The notes under the pieces: generated by a model
The model's database searches: none
Seen by the model: the letters and a program-made list of their open reading frames with translations, nothing else
Told to the model about the DNA's origin: nothing
Part shown: positions 9,373-18,848 of the stretch, piece after piece
Layout: every line of letters begins with the position of its first letter
Numbering within the stretch: position 1 is the stretch's first letter
Made by a program: the position numbers and the translations under genes
Source: Candidatus Thorarchaeota archaeon
GTDB lineage: Archaea; Asgardarchaeota; Thorarchaeia; Thorarchaeales; Thorarchaeaceae
NCBI GenBank assembly: GCA_048882485.1
Contig: JBHLRP010000027.1
Coordinates: 1 to 41,540 of the forward strand
Length of the DNA stretch: 41,540 bases
Direction: 5' to 3'

Positions 9373-10380
9373 ATGACTGTGCGTGTCGGTATCAATGGTT
9401 TTGGAAGAATTGGGCGAGGCTTTCTTAGGTCCGCCCTTGGGAAGAAGGAGTTTGAAGTTGTTGCACTCAATGACCTGATGGATCTAAAGTCACTTGCGCA
9501 TCTGATGAAATATGATACAGTGATGGGAAGGTTCGAAGGGAGAGTTGAGGCTGGCGATAATACTCTGACAGTTGAAGGTCATAAGATGAGTGTGGTTTCC
9601 GAGAGAGATCCTGCAAATCTTCCCTGGAAGGAGCTTGACGTGGACATCGTCGCAGAATGTACAGGCTTCTTTAGAAAGAGAGTAGACGCAGAGAAGCACA
9701 TCTCAGCTGGAGCACAGAAAGTAGTATTGAGTGCTCCGGGCAAGGGTGGAGAGATGAGAACAGTAGTCCTAGGAGTGAACCATGAGGACTATGACCCAGC
9801 GAAAGATGATGTGATATCAAATGCATCTTGCACCACGAACTGCCTCGCTCCTATGGTCAAGGTTATCGACGAGAGCTTTGAACTCGTGAGAGGCCTTATG
9901 ACAACGGTACATGCAGTGACGAATGATCAAGTAATACTTGACGGCCCACATAAGGACATTAGACGTGCGAGAGCAGCATGCTGGAATATTGTGCCCACAA
10001 CAACTGGCGCAGCGAAAGCCATTGGTCTTGTATATCCAAAGGCCGCTGGAAAGCTGGATGGCATGGCTTTGCGTGTACCCGTAATGGATGGCTCGATAGT
10101 GGATCTCAATGCCATAGTAGAGAAAGAAACCGATGCTGCTTCAGTAAATGCAGCATTCAAGAAGGCCTCGAAAGAAGGGCCGTTGGCCGGATATCTTGCT
10201 TACAGTGAAGAACCACTCGTGTCGTCTGACATTATTGGCGACACACACTCATGCACGTTCGACTCGTTGACAACTACCGTTTCCGGAAACATGGTCAAAG
10301 TCCTCGGATGGTATGACAACGAGCAGGGGTATAGTCAGCGATTGGCTGATCTTGTGGGTATCATTGCAGGGAAGATGTAG
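9373..10380 (+). CDS. gap: Type I (bacterial-type) glyceraldehyde-3-phosphate dehydrogenase
   Basis: GINGFGRIGR, catalytic NASCTTNCLAP, TTVHA, PTTTGAAKA and WYDNE; SD-like AGGTG upstream. Confidence 0.97.
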   Translation: MTVRVGINGFGRIGRGFLRSALGKKEFEVVALNDLMDLKSLAHLMKYDTVMGRFEGRVEAGDNTLTVEGHKMSVVSERDPANLPWKELDVDIVAECTGFFRKRVDAEKHISAGAQKVVLSAPGKGGEMRTVVLGVNHEDYDPAKDDVISNASCTTNCLAPMVKVIDESFELVRGLMTTVHAVTNDQVILDGPHKDIRRARAACWNIVPTTTGAAKAIGLVYPKAAGKLDGMALRVPVMDGSIVDLNAIVEKETDAASVNAAFKKASKEGPLAGYLAYSEEPLVSSDIIGDTHSCTFDSLTTTVSGNMVKVLGWYDNEQGYSQRLADLVGIIAGKM

Positions 10381-10389
10381 TTCTGACCT

Positions 10390-11019
10390 TCAGTCTATCC
10401 ATTCATCGTAGGCAGCTGATGTGCTAGGTAGTAGAAGATAGACCATTGAAATTGAACTTAATAGGGTCAATATAACACCCAAAGAACCAAACCACCAGAA
10501 GTTAATGATACATATTGCCAGAAGGGGAAAGGAAATCCATCTAGCCCACGACTTCATCCTCCAAACATAGGTAGACATTGCGGTATAGACAAACGCAAAA
10601 AAGTAGAATGAACTCGCATAATTCTGAAAGAGGGATGTCGCACCGGGGAGGAGTAGATACATTGCTCCGATGAGGAAAATGTAAACTGAGGTTAGCATAA
10701 TGCCAAATGGCCGCTCTATGAATTTAGGTTTCCTGATAGACTCGCTAGCTGGTGTTTCTTCCGATTTCGTTGGAATCATCTTGGAATCGACAACCTCATC
10801 TCCGGGTCTACTCAGTCTAAGAATCAAATGGGGCTTATCAACCGTGTATTCCACCCAAACTTGAGCTCCGACTTTCGGTTTGGAACCTCTAGTATTCTGG
10901 TTATACCCCAAATCTAGGACAGAGCCATCTTTGAGTTCCAATTTCAGCTGACCATATGCAACGCCAGCCCACTCCTTCTCATCTATTTCAATTATATTTC
11001 CCTCAACAGTGATTGTCAT
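10390..11019 (-). CDS. Hypothetical membrane protein (beta-rich soluble N-terminal domain, about 4 C-terminal TM helices)
   Basis: 209-aa ORF; the N-terminus looks OB-fold-like (inference); hydrophobic C-terminal half after RPFG. Confidence 0.7.
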   Translation of the reverse strand: MTITVEGNIIEIDEKEWAGVAYGQLKLELKDGSVLDLGYNQNTRGSKPKVGAQVWVEYTVDKPHLILRLSRPGDEVVDSKMIPTKSEETPASESIRKPKFIERPFGIMLTSVYIFLIGAMYLLLPGATSLFQNYASSFYFFAFVYTAMSTYVWRMKSWARWISFPLLAICIINFWWFGSLGVILTLLSSISMVYLLLPSTSAAYDEWID

Positions 11020-11136
11020 TCAAATCCCTCACTACAATAGAGAATTCTATATTGAACTACTTGTTTCTTTTGAATTTCGCGCGTCTGGATTGCGACCCGT
11101 TTCCAGTTCATTCAGGGACAAGATTATCATAGTAGT

Positions 11137-12213
11137 TTGGAGGAACATGGCATTATGGAGCCAATAAGTAGGATTGATGCTCAGGAAGGTAAGCTTTACT
11201 TCCGAGGTCTTGATGCAACAGAACTTGCCCGGACGAGAAGCTTTGAGGATGTAACTTTTCTCCTCATTATTGGAAGGCTCCCCAGCAAGAGAGAGAGTGC
11301 AAGCTTTCAGAAACGAATGCTGACATATAGGAGATTACATGAACAAGAATTGCCTCTAATTCTTAATGAGCTAGCATCAGGTACTGGTCGGCCGGCTCAG
11401 CGGGTAGTTGACAATATTGATAGAACTGAAATGATGGGATTGAAACCCCTTGCATTCCGAGTCAGCCATTTCTCCCGGAAATATGATCTTGATGCTCTGG
11501 ATTCACTACTTGCCTTTGTCTCGCTTGCTCCAGTGGTGCTAGCGGCAGGATGGCTGTATCTCATGGGCAAGCCTATTGCCATTCGCAATGAGATTCTTGG
11601 ACACACACACAACTTCTTCTGGATGCTGAAAGGAACCGAGTTGCCACCCAGGGATGAGAGAGCCCTTGAATCATGTTTCATTCTTCATATGGATGATCCA
11701 AGCAATCCTTCTCTTAGTGCGCTTGAGAAATCTATCAGGGATGGCGGCTCCCTTTCTGAGTCGCTCACAACAGCTTTGGACCACCATATCGACCCTCTGC
11801 ATCATGGAGCCGGTGAAGCTATGATGAAAGCAATGATAGAGGTTGGAGATATCAAGAATGTCGAGGACTATCTCACCCAAGCCATTGAAAGCGGCGAGCG
11901 CATCTACGGACTTGGCCATAGGATCTATAAAACGATTGATCCGAGGGCAGCTATGTTAAGAGAGATTCTGAAAGAAAGAACTGACAACCAGGCAACATTA
12001 TCTCTCTATGAGAAAATAGAGGAAACCGCCAGAATAGGTGCGGAACTAATTCTTCAGCGAAAAAACAGGATTGTCCATCCCAATGTGGATCTCTACAACG
12101 CAGCAGTCTACCATTCATTTGGAATTCCGCATTATTTAAACACGGAATTGTTCGCGGTTTCTAGAACAGCTGGTTGGGCGGCTCACATTGCTGAGTGGAT
12201 GAACCTCGTTTGA
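11137..12213 (+). CDS. Citrate synthase family protein, atypical active site
   Basis: ISRID...GKLYFRG, GRLP, PLHHGA, GLGHRIYKTIDPRA, PNVDLY and LFAVSRTAGWAAH. Confidence 0.88.
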   Translation: MEEHGIMEPISRIDAQEGKLYFRGLDATELARTRSFEDVTFLLIIGRLPSKRESASFQKRMLTYRRLHEQELPLILNELASGTGRPAQRVVDNIDRTEMMGLKPLAFRVSHFSRKYDLDALDSLLAFVSLAPVVLAAGWLYLMGKPIAIRNEILGHTHNFFWMLKGTELPPRDERALESCFILHMDDPSNPSLSALEKSIRDGGSLSESLTTALDHHIDPLHHGAGEAMMKAMIEVGDIKNVEDYLTQAIESGERIYGLGHRIYKTIDPRAAMLREILKERTDNQATLSLYEKIEETARIGAELILQRKNRIVHPNVDLYNAAVYHSFGIPHYLNTELFAVSRTAGWAAHIAEWMNLV

Positions 12214-12280
12214 TGAGATTACGACTCCATCTAGTCAGTGTTTATAGGTGGACAAATGAAGGAAGAAGCAGGGATACAAA

Positions 12281-12718
12281 GTGAGTAATAGCTCAAGCTC
12301 AGGATGTAAGATTGGTGGAGTCATTGGACTCAGTTTCTGTCTCCCTATGATCTTTGTATTGGTGCTTTTCCAATTTCTCGGGATTGCAGAATATGTATTC
12401 CCAATTGTCATTCCAATCTTCCTAGGTACTGGGCTGATTTTCGCTATTGTATTCGGGATAATCATGTTTGCAGTCCGGTCCGCTACAAGAAGAACTATGC
12501 TATTTGGCCAAACGGTGGCTCGGTCCTATGAAGTAGGAATGATTTCCGATGCCGATCACATGGACCAATATCCCTCGGGAGCGAAATATCAGATTCCCGT
12601 CTACTGTCCCTACTGTCAGAGGACGATTGAGCTCGATGTGGTAGAATGGAGTGGAACCAGCAGTCTTGTGTGCCCAAGCTGCAATAGTCACGTGAGAGTT
12701 GAGATTACAGAGGATTAA
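12281..12718 (+). CDS. Membrane protein (2 TM) with C-terminal Zn-ribbon
   Basis: Two hydrophobic helices; CPYC...VEWSG....CPSC. Confidence 0.75.
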   Translation: MSNSSSSGCKIGGVIGLSFCLPMIFVLVLFQFLGIAEYVFPIVIPIFLGTGLIFAIVFGIIMFAVRSATRRTMLFGQTVARSYEVGMISDADHMDQYPSGAKYQIPVYCPYCQRTIELDVVEWSGTSSLVCPSCNSHVRVEITED

Positions 12719-12762
12719 GAGCCACATCAATTGTCTATGTTGCTCACTGTAGTATCACCCGC

Positions 12763-13014
12763 ATGATACTCTGGGTTATGAACGCAGCTTCTGTATCACA
12801 ATTTATGCAAGCTCCCGACCAAGCGCCTTCGACGGATATCGGTTTTGCTTCTTTAACAAAAAGTCTAGTGGATACCTCAGGGGCAAAACCACATTGTCCA
12901 GAGTGCAATGCAGAGATCGATTTTAGTCAGGATATTGAATGGTTGGGCCCCACTGCCTTCATTTGCAGGTACTGCGAAAATGTGATTGAGCTTCACCGAA
13001 TTATGGATATCTAA
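12763..13014 (+). CDS. Small Zn-ribbon protein
   Basis: CPEC...IEWLG....CRYC, the same pattern as the upstream gene; start uncertain. Confidence 0.65.
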   Translation: MILWVMNAASVSQFMQAPDQAPSTDIGFASLTKSLVDTSGAKPHCPECNAEIDFSQDIEWLGPTAFICRYCENVIELHRIMDI

Positions 13015-13022
13015 TTCCGTTA

Positions 13023-13931
13023 TCAGACGAACTTGAGGTCCCATCCTTCAGTTGATGCTATTGCCGCGTTTCGCTCCTGCTCACTTAGGGTATGAATTGG
13101 AGCCCTGCAACGCCCTCCAGCTAGTCCTACATAATCCAGAAGTGCTTTGATCACCGGTACATTGTTTGCAGCACCTCTTCCCTCTCTGAGGAATTCTAGC
13201 TGCGATATCATAGATTGTACCCGCATTGCTTCATCAAAGTTGTTCGTCTTCAACGCTTCAAACATCTGCTTGGCAATGTGAGGTGCAAAATTACCAAGTC
13301 CAGAAGTGAAACCTTGGGCACCCGCTAGCCAGAAGAATGGAGCAAATCGCTCAGCGGTACCACATGACCAGATAATTGACTTCCCTAGTTTCTGAACGGT
13401 GTTGGCAAAGTCAACAATGCGTCCGAATGCATACTTGACACCAACCAGATTCTTGTTACTGATTAGTTTGCTGAGAACTGCATCACTGAGAAGAGGTCCT
13501 TTTTTGTATAGAACCACGCCGATGCCTTTCGAAGAATCAAGGATTTGCTGATAATAGCGAAGAATGCCTTCTTCCGAGGAGAAAACATGCTGGGGATACA
13601 TTATCATTACACCCTCAGCACCCAGATTCTTAGCCTGATTCATCATGTCAATAGCTGTCCCGATAGAATGGCCCACTCCTGCCATCACTGCCATTTTGCT
13701 TCCTGCAGCCTCAATCGTGGTTTGGGCCACATCAGTCCACTCTATCTCAGAGAGGGAATAAAACTCGCCTGTGTTGCCACAAGGCACGACCATTCCAATT
13801 CCTTCCTCGACAAGAAACCTCAGGTTCTTTTTAATTCCATCAAGGTTCAATATCTTGAGGTCCTCAGAAAACGGAGTTGCACTTGTTACAGATACCCCTG
13901 CAAGGGCATCCCGTAGCTTAGTATGCTCCAT
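13023..13931 (-). CDS. Dihydrodipicolinate synthase/N-acetylneuraminate lyase family aldolase or dehydratase
   Basis: ATPF, GNTGEF, catalytic Tyr in VVLY, Schiff-base Lys in VGVKY, GFTSGLGNF and IKALL..GL.GG.CRAP. Confidence 0.9.
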   Translation of the reverse strand: MEHTKLRDALAGVSVTSATPFSEDLKILNLDGIKKNLRFLVEEGIGMVVPCGNTGEFYSLSEIEWTDVAQTTIEAAGSKMAVMAGVGHSIGTAIDMMNQAKNLGAEGVMIMYPQHVFSSEEGILRYYQQILDSSKGIGVVLYKKGPLLSDAVLSKLISNKNLVGVKYAFGRIVDFANTVQKLGKSIIWSCGTAERFAPFFWLAGAQGFTSGLGNFAPHIAKQMFEALKTNNFDEAMRVQSMISQLEFLREGRGAANNVPVIKALLDYVGLAGGRCRAPIHTLSEQERNAAIASTEGWDLKFV

Positions 13932-14034
13932 CTTGAATTCCGCCAGTGGATATTCATCTAGTCCGGACTCATATATGCGGCGATTTATGGAAGAGCAAAG
14001 TCAGGGAGTCATCCCTACACGGTTGAAATTGAAT

Positions 14035-14877
14035 CTAGGGGAATGATTGTACAATCTTCTGCCTTTCAATAGGTGGCAATGAGAAGTCCACCTCAATCTC
14101 TTGGAAGGTATTGCTGCATGGATTACCTCTTGCCACATGCATCCTGATATCGAACTCTTCAGCCTTTGTCTTTAGAACTTCAAGTATATAGCTATAGGAG
14201 GTTTCACCAAGAAGTGGGTCATTGAGATCACTTGTTTTGTGTCTACATATTGAATTGTAGCCTCGCGAATCGCTGTGAGTACAAACTATATTGATCATGT
14301 CGCCAATAGAAGCAGCTGATTCGAGCATCCTCGAAGCAACTTGGCGTCTGTGCTGACTATCTTGAATGGGACCTGCAGCCTCACGCTCCTCACGACTGGC
14401 TGCCTTTAGATATTCCATGGTAGGAAGCTTGAGATGATGATTCGCGCGTGTTATCATTACTGGCAGTTTCTCGATCTCCATGATCCCATCCCCAATTTCG
14501 ATAGCACCGACTTCTTCAAGGGTTGACAGTATGAAGTTGCACCACTGATACTTGTTTTCGGTGTTCAAGTCAGACCTAACGAACTCTGCGGCCTCGTCGA
14601 TGGTTTTGCATTCCCTGAGAACCCTTTCAAGCAACACATCATAGGCTGTGTCAGAATTTGCCAACACAGTTGAACTGCAGACAGAGAGGCCCCATCTATT
14701 CACACCAATCGACACGCCCATCGGATCACCAGTACCTATGTGGACACCAGTCACTGCAAAAATCGTATCATCAAACACAGCATGGTCCTGGTAGTCTGGA
14801 TAGACAAGATCTCGATTCTTCAGCATGAAGTACCGCGGACCAATTATCTTGGCAGCAAGAGTGCAGCCATCGTTCAT
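14035..14877 (-). CDS. Ntn-hydrolase with N-terminal Cys nucleophile (peptidase C45 / acyl-CoA:6-APA acyltransferase-like)
   Basis: MNDG-CT, KNRD, GVNRWGL, LERVLREC, ITRANH and GNPC. Confidence 0.75.
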   Translation of the reverse strand: MNDGCTLAAKIIGPRYFMLKNRDLVYPDYQDHAVFDDTIFAVTGVHIGTGDPMGVSIGVNRWGLSVCSSTVLANSDTAYDVLLERVLRECKTIDEAAEFVRSDLNTENKYQWCNFILSTLEEVGAIEIGDGIMEIEKLPVMITRANHHLKLPTMEYLKAASREEREAAGPIQDSQHRRQVASRMLESAASIGDMINIVCTHSDSRGYNSICRHKTSDLNDPLLGETSYSYILEVLKTKAEEFDIRMHVARGNPCSNTFQEIEVDFSLPPIERQKIVQSFP

Positions 14878-14997
14878 GATGACAGGATAACTCTACTCTT
14901 ATTTCAAAGTGATGGTATAACATTCCGTACGGAGTATCACATTCAACCAATCATCATATATGACGAATTGACTTGCTTTTCACTCAATTCACTGTAG

Positions 14998-16332
14998 GTG
15001 GCTTCGACAAAGATGAGTCTAGAGAAAGTGACAAAGCAGTACAAACAGAAGACAGACAAATCCGCGGCATTATTTCAGAAATCAATTGTCCGGTTACCGG
15101 GTGGCATAGGAGGTTCAGCTCCGACATTCAATCCATATCCTATATTTATCGAAAAGGGTGAGGGTCCCAAGGTCTGGGATGTAGATGGCAATGAGTATCT
15201 AGACTTCAATCTTTGTTGGGGTGTGCTAATCGTTGGACATAGGCATCCAAAGATTGTAGAGGGATTGCGGGATCAGCTCGAGAATGGCACGATTTTCGGA
15301 CTACCTCATAAAGAGAGTATTGAGGTAGCTGATGCGCTTGCGGCTCGATTCCCAATTGACAAGGTCAGATTTGTGAATTCAGGATCAGAGGCAAATTTGT
15401 ACGCTATTAGATTGGCAAGGCGCTACACAGGAAAAGACAAGATAATCAAGATTGAAGGTGCGTATCATGGGGTGGCCGATTCTCTGCATATCAGCAAGAG
15501 ACCTGCATTAGGTGAAGCTGGGCCTTACCACCGGCCAAGCAATGTGCCATACGGACATGGCATCACCAATTACACAGCCAAAGACACAGTCATTGCTCCA
15601 TTCAACAATATTGACATAATCAAGAGCCTTCTAGATGAGTATCTTGGCGAAGTCGCGGCACTCATTGTGGAGCCAGTTATGATGAATGCAGGGGTGGTTC
15701 CCCCTAAGGAGGGATATCACAAGGCATTGAGAGAGCTAACTGATGACCATAATGTCGTCTTCATCTTCGATGAAGTTAAGACTGGAGTCAAGTTGGCACC
15801 TGGCGGCGCAACTGAGTACTTTGATGTAAAGCCCGATCTAGTCTGTTTGGCAAAAGCCATTGGTGGAGGGTTGCCAATTGGTGCGTGTGGGGGGAAGGGT
15901 GAGATAATAGATGGAATTGACTCAGAAGGGCTGTTTGGAACATATTCAGCAAACCCGTTATCGATAAGAGCCACCAAGATTACGCTGACGGAGATTCTCA
16001 CCAATGAAAGCTATAGGAATCTAGAGAAGCTAGGTAAAATCCTACTCAAGGGATACCAAGATATCATCACGGATTGCAAACTAGCAGCAATTGTTCAAGG
16101 CATCAACGCAAATGGTGGGATTCTATTCACCAAAGACCCAGTTACAGATTATAGAACATGGACGAAAGTTGACAAAGCCAAAACCCATCATTATTGGCTC
16201 GCTATGGCAAACGAAGGGATTATTCCAACGGCTTATGGGGCTGATGAAGAATGGCTCATTTCGGTTCAACATTCTGAAGAAGATATCAACAAGCATCTTG
16301 AGGCGTTCAAGAAGGTAGCACCAGACCTATAG
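14998..16332 (+). CDS. Class III PLP aminotransferase (glutamate-1-semialdehyde aminomutase-like)
   Basis: WDVDGNEYLD, FVNSGSEA, YHG, IVEPV, IFDEVKTG, PLP Lys in AKAIGGGLP, GTYSANP. Start is GTG 14998 or ATG 15013. Confidence 0.92.
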   Translation: MASTKMSLEKVTKQYKQKTDKSAALFQKSIVRLPGGIGGSAPTFNPYPIFIEKGEGPKVWDVDGNEYLDFNLCWGVLIVGHRHPKIVEGLRDQLENGTIFGLPHKESIEVADALAARFPIDKVRFVNSGSEANLYAIRLARRYTGKDKIIKIEGAYHGVADSLHISKRPALGEAGPYHRPSNVPYGHGITNYTAKDTVIAPFNNIDIIKSLLDEYLGEVAALIVEPVMMNAGVVPPKEGYHKALRELTDDHNVVFIFDEVKTGVKLAPGGATEYFDVKPDLVCLAKAIGGGLPIGACGGKGEIIDGIDSEGLFGTYSANPLSIRATKITLTEILTNESYRNLEKLGKILLKGYQDIITDCKLAAIVQGINANGGILFTKDPVTDYRTWTKVDKAKTHHYWLAMANEGIIPTAYGADEEWLISVQHSEEDINKHLEAFKKVAPDL

Positions 16333-16350
16333 AGGATAGATTGGTCGAAG

Positions 16351-17577
16351 CTAATCATTCCCCACAATTACATGATCATGCTCTGAAGCTATGGCGATGG
16401 CTACCTGCGAAACAAGTCCCGAGCCCACAATTCCAAGTAGTGATACTGCCAGACCCAATGCAGCAAAATTGAACACCATCATGATCCATGCAACTGGTTG
16501 CACCAATCCAAAGACGAATTGAGCGAAGAGTCCACCAACAACTGGACCAATTGCAGTGCCAGTGGTTTGAGCACCACTAACCAATGACATAGCTCGTCCT
16601 CGCTCATCTTCACTGGATATCATTGATGCCAGTGCAAATGCGGCTGTGGATGCCAGCGGGTAGATTGGGAGCGCCCACATTATGGTAGCAGTTATCGGAT
16701 CAGAAACCAAGGCAAATGCGAACCCAAATACAGTATAGGACAGCATCGCTAGAATCAGTATCTTAACTGGACCTCTCCGGTCTACAACCTTTCCAATATA
16801 GCCAGTAACTACGACCGCAATCAACGTCGCTACGGAGTTTGCGAGACCAACATATAGCGCAATTCCACCAAGCTCGTCCACGATGATTATTGCATGCATA
16901 AATGAGATAGCGCCTATTCCTATTTGACTAAATGCTACAAGAAGAGAGAGGCGGGCAATCCCAGGCTTGCGGATGAGTATGATGAAGCTAGTCTTCCTCT
17001 CTCGTGGAACCTCTTTCACTGGCAGGTCTTGAACAAATAGGATAGCTATACCTGTGGCAAACACGCAAGCAATGGCTGCAATTCTATATAGCGTAAACAT
17101 TCCTATAGCATCGTAGAGCAATCCGCTGAGCAGTGCGCCAGCGAACCAACCCGCTGATTGAACTGAAATGAAGTATCCCATTCGCTCTCCCTTGTTCCTT
17201 GTTCCAGTTGTTAGATGAGCGGTGCCAGCTGGCAATGATGCAGATGAGAGTATAGCTCCGAGGACACCAACAACCAGAAATTGAAGGCTAGTGGCTACGA
17301 CCGAATAGAGCGTGAAGGTATAGGCATATCCAAGAAAGCCAACGATCATGAAGGGCTTTCGTGCCCTTGAACGATCCGAGAATGCGCCCCATAGGTTCAC
17401 AGCTGCTACGGTAACGAAGGATGGAGTTGCATAGACAACGGTAAGAGTAAGAAAATCTGGAGCTCCTAATTCGTGCTTGACAAACAATGTAGCAAATTGC
17501 CAGCTGATTGCCATTCCAGTTGACTGAAGTCCATAGACCAGATATACAGCAACCGTTGCTCTGTCACGTAGTCCCAT
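16351..17577 (-). CDS. MFS transporter
   Basis: Motif A in WGAFSDRSRARK and GKVVDRRG, ERGRAM, about 12 TM; likely ATG at 17577. Confidence 0.9.
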   Translation of the reverse strand: MGLRDRATVAVYLVYGLQSTGMAISWQFATLFVKHELGAPDFLTLTVVYATPSFVTVAAVNLWGAFSDRSRARKPFMIVGFLGYAYTFTLYSVVATSLQFLVVGVLGAILSSASLPAGTAHLTTGTRNKGERMGYFISVQSAGWFAGALLSGLLYDAIGMFTLYRIAAIACVFATGIAILFVQDLPVKEVPRERKTSFIILIRKPGIARLSLLVAFSQIGIGAISFMHAIIIVDELGGIALYVGLANSVATLIAVVVTGYIGKVVDRRGPVKILILAMLSYTVFGFAFALVSDPITATIMWALPIYPLASTAAFALASMISSEDERGRAMSLVSGAQTTGTAIGPVVGGLFAQFVFGLVQPVAWIMMVFNFAALGLAVSLLGIVGSGLVSQVAIAIASEHDHVIVGND

Positions 17578-17691
17578 CAGGCAGTTGCTCCTAGTGTGGA
17601 TGCAGACCAATTGACCTGAGTATTAACGATTATGGAGAGGGTATCTGCTTTGGCCGTAGAGTATTTGAGAGGCTGATACAGACCTTCAGTC

Positions 17692-18819
17692 ATGCCCCAA
17701 GATGCCGATGAATATGTGCTGAAGGTAGAGAATCTTAGTGCCTTCTACACATCTAAGAGAGGATTAGTCAAGGCAGTGAATGACATCAGCTTCGGCATTC
17801 GCAAGGGAGAGTCAGTAGGGCTCTTTGGGGAATCAGGATCTGGGAAGACTTCAGTTGCGCTAGCTATCATGGGCATATTCGATGAGATTTCGCGCTATTA
17901 TGCATCAGCATCAAGTGATCCAGAGAATAAGAAACTCTGGGAAAAGAAGGACGAGGCTAGAAAGAAGGACCTCACTTCCAAAGACCTCGGAATAGAACTA
18001 CCGGGTATCGAAGGTCGTATCTTATTCAATGGCAAGGACCTGGTGAAACTAGACGACAAGGAATATCGGAAAATTCGAGGGATGGATATAACCTATGTTC
18101 CGCAAGGAACAATGAAGTCTCTCAACCCGTATACCCAGATAGGCATACAAACCGCTGAAACATTATGGTCTCATGATGAGGACAATCTATTGATAGAGAG
18201 GGAAGTACTTCGCAAAGTCCTCGAAACACTTGACCTTGTGGAGATTGGTGACTCGGACCTACGTCAATTCATGAAGCCAGGCGAGTTCTCAATGGGAGAA
18301 GACCAGCGTATACTACTGGCCATGGCACTAATCTCGGATCCAAGTCTTTTGATAGCCGATGAGCCCACGACTGCTGTCGATGTGGGTGTGCAACGTCGGA
18401 TTCTTGATGCCCTGGGAATAATCCGTCGCGAACTTGATCTAGCATTGCTTCTCATTAGTAATGACCAAGGTCTTGTCGCAGAAATCTCAGATCGAATAGC
18501 AGTGATGAGTGCTGGACGAATAATGGAATTCGGCAGAAGTGAAAGAGTACTGAATTCGCCTGGCCATCCATTCACTCGAGCATTCATAATGAGCAATCCA
18601 AGTATGGAAGTGATGCGCAAGATACGTGAGAAAGGGCTACGGCTCAAGGGAATCCCCGGAGCACCTCCTGATATGACAAATCTCCCATCTGGCTGTCCGT
18701 TTCATCCTCGATGTGAATACGCAAAGGATGTCTGCAAAACTGACATTCCAGAGTATCGAGAGGTCGGGAAAGACTACTGGATATTCTGCCATCGATATGA
18801 GGAGCTGCCTTCCTGGTAA
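17692..18819 (+). CDS. Stand-alone DppD-like ABC ATPase with degenerate signature and H-loop
   Basis: GESGSGKT, signature FSMGEDQR, LIADEPT, H-loop ISND and C-terminal GCPFHPRC..C..C; about 40-aa insertion after the Walker A helix. Confidence 0.9.
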   Translation: MPQDADEYVLKVENLSAFYTSKRGLVKAVNDISFGIRKGESVGLFGESGSGKTSVALAIMGIFDEISRYYASASSDPENKKLWEKKDEARKKDLTSKDLGIELPGIEGRILFNGKDLVKLDDKEYRKIRGMDITYVPQGTMKSLNPYTQIGIQTAETLWSHDEDNLLIEREVLRKVLETLDLVEIGDSDLRQFMKPGEFSMGEDQRILLAMALISDPSLLIADEPTTAVDVGVQRRILDALGIIRRELDLALLLISNDQGLVAEISDRIAVMSAGRIMEFGRSERVLNSPGHPFTRAFIMSNPSMEVMRKIREKGLRLKGIPGAPPDMTNLPSGCPFHPRCEYAKDVCKTDIPEYREVGKDYWIFCHRYEELPSW

Positions 18820-18848
18820 GATCATAATATGGTGACCAGGATAAACGA

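Noticed and set aside
14998-16332. Naming this gene hemL, the 13023-13931 gene dapA, or the transcarbamylases argF
   Set aside because: Family membership is clear, but specificity motifs deviate and pathway context is absent, so gene symbols were withheld.
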